From Eledone cirrhosa (lineage: Eukaryota), in contig OZ024743.1 of NCBI GenBank assembly GCA_964016885.1, positions 100,068,001 through 100,132,000 on the forward strand: a stretch of DNA of 64,000 nucleotides. The letters are read 5' to 3'. Positions 60,360-64,000 of this stretch are shown one piece after another. The position numbers were made by a program, and so were the translations under genes. Each line of letters opens with the position of its first letter. Position 1 is the stretch's first letter. Below the pieces are notes generated by a model. That model made no database searches. It saw only the letters and a list, made by a program, of their open reading frames with translations, and was not told the DNA's origin.

Positions 60360-60761
60360 AATAATAATGAAATTATTGTGTACAGTGCTCAGGTGCACTA
60401 CAACTCATAAAATGTGCATGCATAGTACATATAATAATATACAAATGTCAGGGAAGTGAGTAGTGTATGAGTCATGATATACATGTGTATGTGTATTGAG
60501 GGGGAATATTAGGTGTAGTGTTGGCAAATCTCAGGAAGTATAGAGGTTTTAAAGGATGCAGTGTCTCGACAGCTAACAACTGATGCAGGTAGTTTGTTCC
60601 ATGCTTCAGCAACTTTGAGCGTGAAAAAATGTTTCCGAAAGTCATGGGAGCTGTGCTGTTTTCTGACTTTGTGGGCATGCCCACATGTGTTAGACACATG
60701 GAAATCAAAAAGGTACTCAGGGTTGTTGTTGGCAAGATGGTTAATGATTTTGTGATGGTTA
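60360..60761 (-). mobile_element. CR1 3' fragment with (ATT)n tail
   Basis: Homologous to about 30975-31335. Confidence 0.92.
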
Positions 60762-60812
60762 ATATTCTGGGTGAACACTCTAGACATTTGCATATTCTGG
60801 GCAAGAACTCTA
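60762..60812. repeat. 30-bp minisatellite, right part
   Basis: ATATTCTGGGTGAACACTCTAGACATTTGCATATTCTGGGCAAGAACTCT continues the array at 47587-47755. Confidence 0.9.
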
Positions 60813-61500
60813 ATTCTCTGGGGAAATGTTTGGTTCAGCTTCTTTGGTTAATGTTTTTGTTTGTTTTTTAAGTATATTTTGTTCTTTGTTCTTTCTTTGA
60901 GAAAAAACAGAATTCCATGAACTTATTTCAGGACATTTTTTTATAAACTAAATCTAGGGGTACACCACAACAAGTGTATGTGGCAAGGGATGTATGATGT
61001 TATCTAATATCTCCTTCCCCCTTAGTGACTGGCCCACATCCACATAGCCAAAGAATACTCCGACATTCTGTGGATTCAAAGACCTAGTCTTCAACAATGT
61101 GATAATGCCAAAATGAATTACTTCTAACAAGGACCGATGTTTGAAGGAAGAGGTTAATCGATCAAATTGACCAGCCCAAGTATCTGACTGGTATTTTATT
61201 TTATCAGCTACAGAAGGAGATTTAAACATAGAGTGTAAGAACAAATAACTGTTTTTTCTTTAGGCACAAGGCCAGCTATTTGGAGGGGAAAGTCGATTAA
61301 ATCGACCTCAGTGCATTACTGGTACTTTATTATCGACCCCATAAGGATGAAAGGCAAAGCTAACCTCTGCAGGATTTGAACTCAGAACCTTCAGAACAAA
61401 TAATGGAAGACATTTAATCAGATGCTCTAACAACTCTACCATAAAAATATACATGTAGTGAATGATATAAATCTTCCTCAGCCTAACTTACTAAATATAT

Positions 61501-61846
61501 CATTATCATCATCATCATCATCATTTTACGTCCGCTTTTCCCTGCTTGCAAGAGTGGGACGGGAACTGATTCTGGCTTGATTTCTACAGCTGGATGCCCT
61601 TCCTAACACCAACCTCATTTACAGTGAGTGCTGGGTGCTTTTTTGCCATGGCATCTCCACGACCACTTTGCAGTGGAATGATTTGGACCCCAGTCCAATC
61701 ATCTCATTTCTACAGCTGAGTAAACTGGAGCAATGTGAAATAAAGTGTCTTGCTCAAGGAAACAACACATCATCCGGTCTGAGAATTAAACTCACAACCT
61801 TTCGATTGCAAGGCCAATGCTCTAACCACTAAGCCATGTGCCTCCA
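61501..61846 (-). mobile_element. tRNA/CORE-like SINE with RTE tail (full-length)
   Basis: Colinear with 25713-26055; head TGGAGGCACATGGCTTAGTGG. Confidence 0.87.
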
Positions 61847-62538
61847 TATATATACACATATATACACCAGGTCTGAACACAAAAGAACCAAACTCACACT
61901 GTCACTGCCTCTGCCTCTCCCACTCTCCCCATCTCTCACTATTGTGAACAAATGGGGGGTCATGTGCTGGTGACGATTTGAGAGATGCTAAATTTGGCAA
62001 GATTTAATTTTCAAATTGATGCAGAATTTTACTCTTTTGGTATAACATTAATGAAATACATTGCCTTTGTCTTTAAAAACATTTTGAGAAATTCAACAAA
62101 ATAAATACGATATTACGTGAGATAATTATGTGAGGTAAAACCTTTACCGTGAAAACATAATAGTAAATATAGAGTAATGTAAATGCTAAAGGGTTAAAGT
62201 GTCAGCAAAAAGTATAGTATAAAGTTGAAAATGACATGATGCTGGAGTATGCACACCAAATCTTCAAAACTGATTTATGATTCCCAGTTAGAGTCCATTC
62301 ACACTTCACTTCCAAAGATGTGTGGATTATTGGTTAGGGTATTGGGTTCATGAGCATATGGTCATAGGATCGATCCCCAGACAAAGCATTGTGTTCTTGA
62401 GTAAGGTACTTCACTTCCCATTGCTCCATCCCACTAAGTTCAAAAAATGAGTACTGCCAGCAACTGAAGTTTAACATTGTGACAGACTGGCATCCCATCT
62501 GAGATGGGATGGAGAGTCCTGTACTCTCAGTCACTTAA

Positions 62539-63214
62539 GCCTTTTATGATCATATTTCTAATGAAATACCCTCTATTCCAATTAATTAATGAAGAATTTG
62601 GAGGTATTTACTAAAATTATTGGTCCGTTATTAAGATGGTATTTGTAAGATAAGAAAAGGTTCTCATATGAAATTATGTTTGAAGATTTAAAGTTATATA
62701 TGAACCCTTTAAAGTTATATAAGAACATTTTAAAGTTATATATGAACCCTTTAAAGTTATATAAGAACCCTTTAAAGTTATATAAGAACCTTTTTAAAGT
62801 TATATAAAAACCTTTTAAAGTTATATAAGAACCCTTTAAAGTTATATAAGAACCCTTTAAAGTTATATAAGAACCCTTTAAAGTTATATAAGAACCTTTT
62901 AAAGTTATATAAGAACCTTTTAAAGTTATATAAGAACGCTTTAAAGTTATATAAGAACCCTTTAAAGTTATATAAGAACCATTTAAAGTTATATAAGAAC
63001 CTATTAAAGTTATATAAGAACCTTTTAAAGTTATATAAGAACCTTTTAAAGTTATATAAGAACCCTTTAAAGTTATATAAAAACCTTTAAAAGTTATATA
63101 AGAACCCTTTAAAGTTATATAAGAACCTTTTAAAGTTATATAAAAACCTTTTAAAATAGATGGCTTTGTTTCATAGAACCAGAGGCAGTTTTGGACAGGC
63201 TGTCATGAAAAGGG
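62539..63214. mobile_element. TTAA-MITE family 1 copy expanded by an internal minisatellite
   Basis: TTAA at 62535 and 63215; flanks colinear with 27344-27592. Confidence 0.75.
62687..63155. repeat. 20-bp minisatellite (TTTAAAGTTATATAAGAACC), about 23 copies
   Basis: Seen directly. Confidence 0.97.
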
Positions 63215-63610
63215 TTAATGCCTCATGAACTGGAACAAGATCTAATAAGCTTCTAGGTTTGAGACTTTTGCTTCCACTGATAATGCCCTTTGAAGAAACA
63301 AAAAAGCATGAACATTACTTAATCTCTCTCCCACATGTCTGTTAGAAATGTGTTAACCTGCTCTGAAGTAAGAAATCAATAATTTCTTTGTATTTCTGTT
63401 GGTTTGAACATTTTGTTTAAGAATAGATGACAGAAGTTGAGTAGCAATGTCTTAAGATGACAGAGGTTGTCTAAGAATATTTAGAGATGAAAGAGGTCAA
63501 ATCTGTTCTATCAGAATTAAACCTTATGAAAGAATTGATAAACTCTGATGTGATACAAGCTTGGCCTTCAGACATTGCTAACTCATTTCAGTGTGGAAAT
63601 CAAAGAAGAA

Positions 63611-63611
63611 T

Positions 63612-63658
<47 letters not shown>

Positions 63659-63676
63659 TTGTTGTTGTCGTCATCG

Positions 63677-63708
<32 letters not shown>

Positions 63709-63741
63709 GAGGCCGTTGCTGCTGCTGCTGCTGCTGCTGTT
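63611..63741. repeat. Compound (GCT)n/(GTT)n trinucleotide tract
   Basis: Seen directly. Confidence 0.95.
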
Positions 63742-63742
63742 T

Positions 63743-64000
63743 TAATAATAATAATGAAATTATTGTGTACAGTGCTCAGGTGCACTACAACTCATCAAAG
63801 GTGCATGTATAGTACATAGAATAATATACAAATGTCAGGGAAGTGAATAGTGTATGAGTCATGATATACATGTGTGTATGTGTATGGAGGGGGAATATTA
63901 GGTGTAGTGTTGGCAAATCTCAGGAAGCATGGAGGATTTAAAGGATGCATTGTTTCAACAGCTAACAACTGGTGCAGGTAGTTTATTCCATGCTTCAGCA
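63743..64000 (-). mobile_element. CR1 3' fragment (runs off window)
   Basis: Near-identical to 60360-60611. Confidence 0.92.

Overview
Repeat-saturated animal genomic DNA. The SINE, RTE and microsatellite repertoire looks cephalopod (octopus-like), which is my inference. I can support no host gene. Positions 1-23.8 kb are two satellites: a 12-bp CAGGTAGACTGA array and a 12.5-kb array of a 31-bp unit. The 12-bp array carries two 5'-truncated Tx1/L1-group LINEs, both inserted at GATA-variant units with 14-16 bp target-site duplications (TSDs). Positions 24-47 kb are an AT-rich mosaic of RTE and CR1 fragments, tRNA/CORE-type SINEs, TTAA- and TA-type MITEs and minisatellites. This stretch also holds about eight minimal hammerhead-ribozyme motifs, five of them inside three large palindromes resembling Penelope-like (PLE) pLTR fold-backs. 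Positions 47.6-60.8 kb are a nested complex. A CR1 fragment sits in a 30-bp minisatellite. Its (AAT)n tail received an R4/Dong-type RLE element and a full-length Tx1 relative, whose ORF1 is split by a complete Gypsy LTR element with a -1 frameshift signal and a predicted pseudoknot. Main leads: (1) closely related Tx1 families with shared poly(A)-less 3' ends that appear to target different simple repeats (GATA vs AAT); (2) a dense set of ribozyme-bearing palindromic retroelement remnants. All calls are by eye with no database search.
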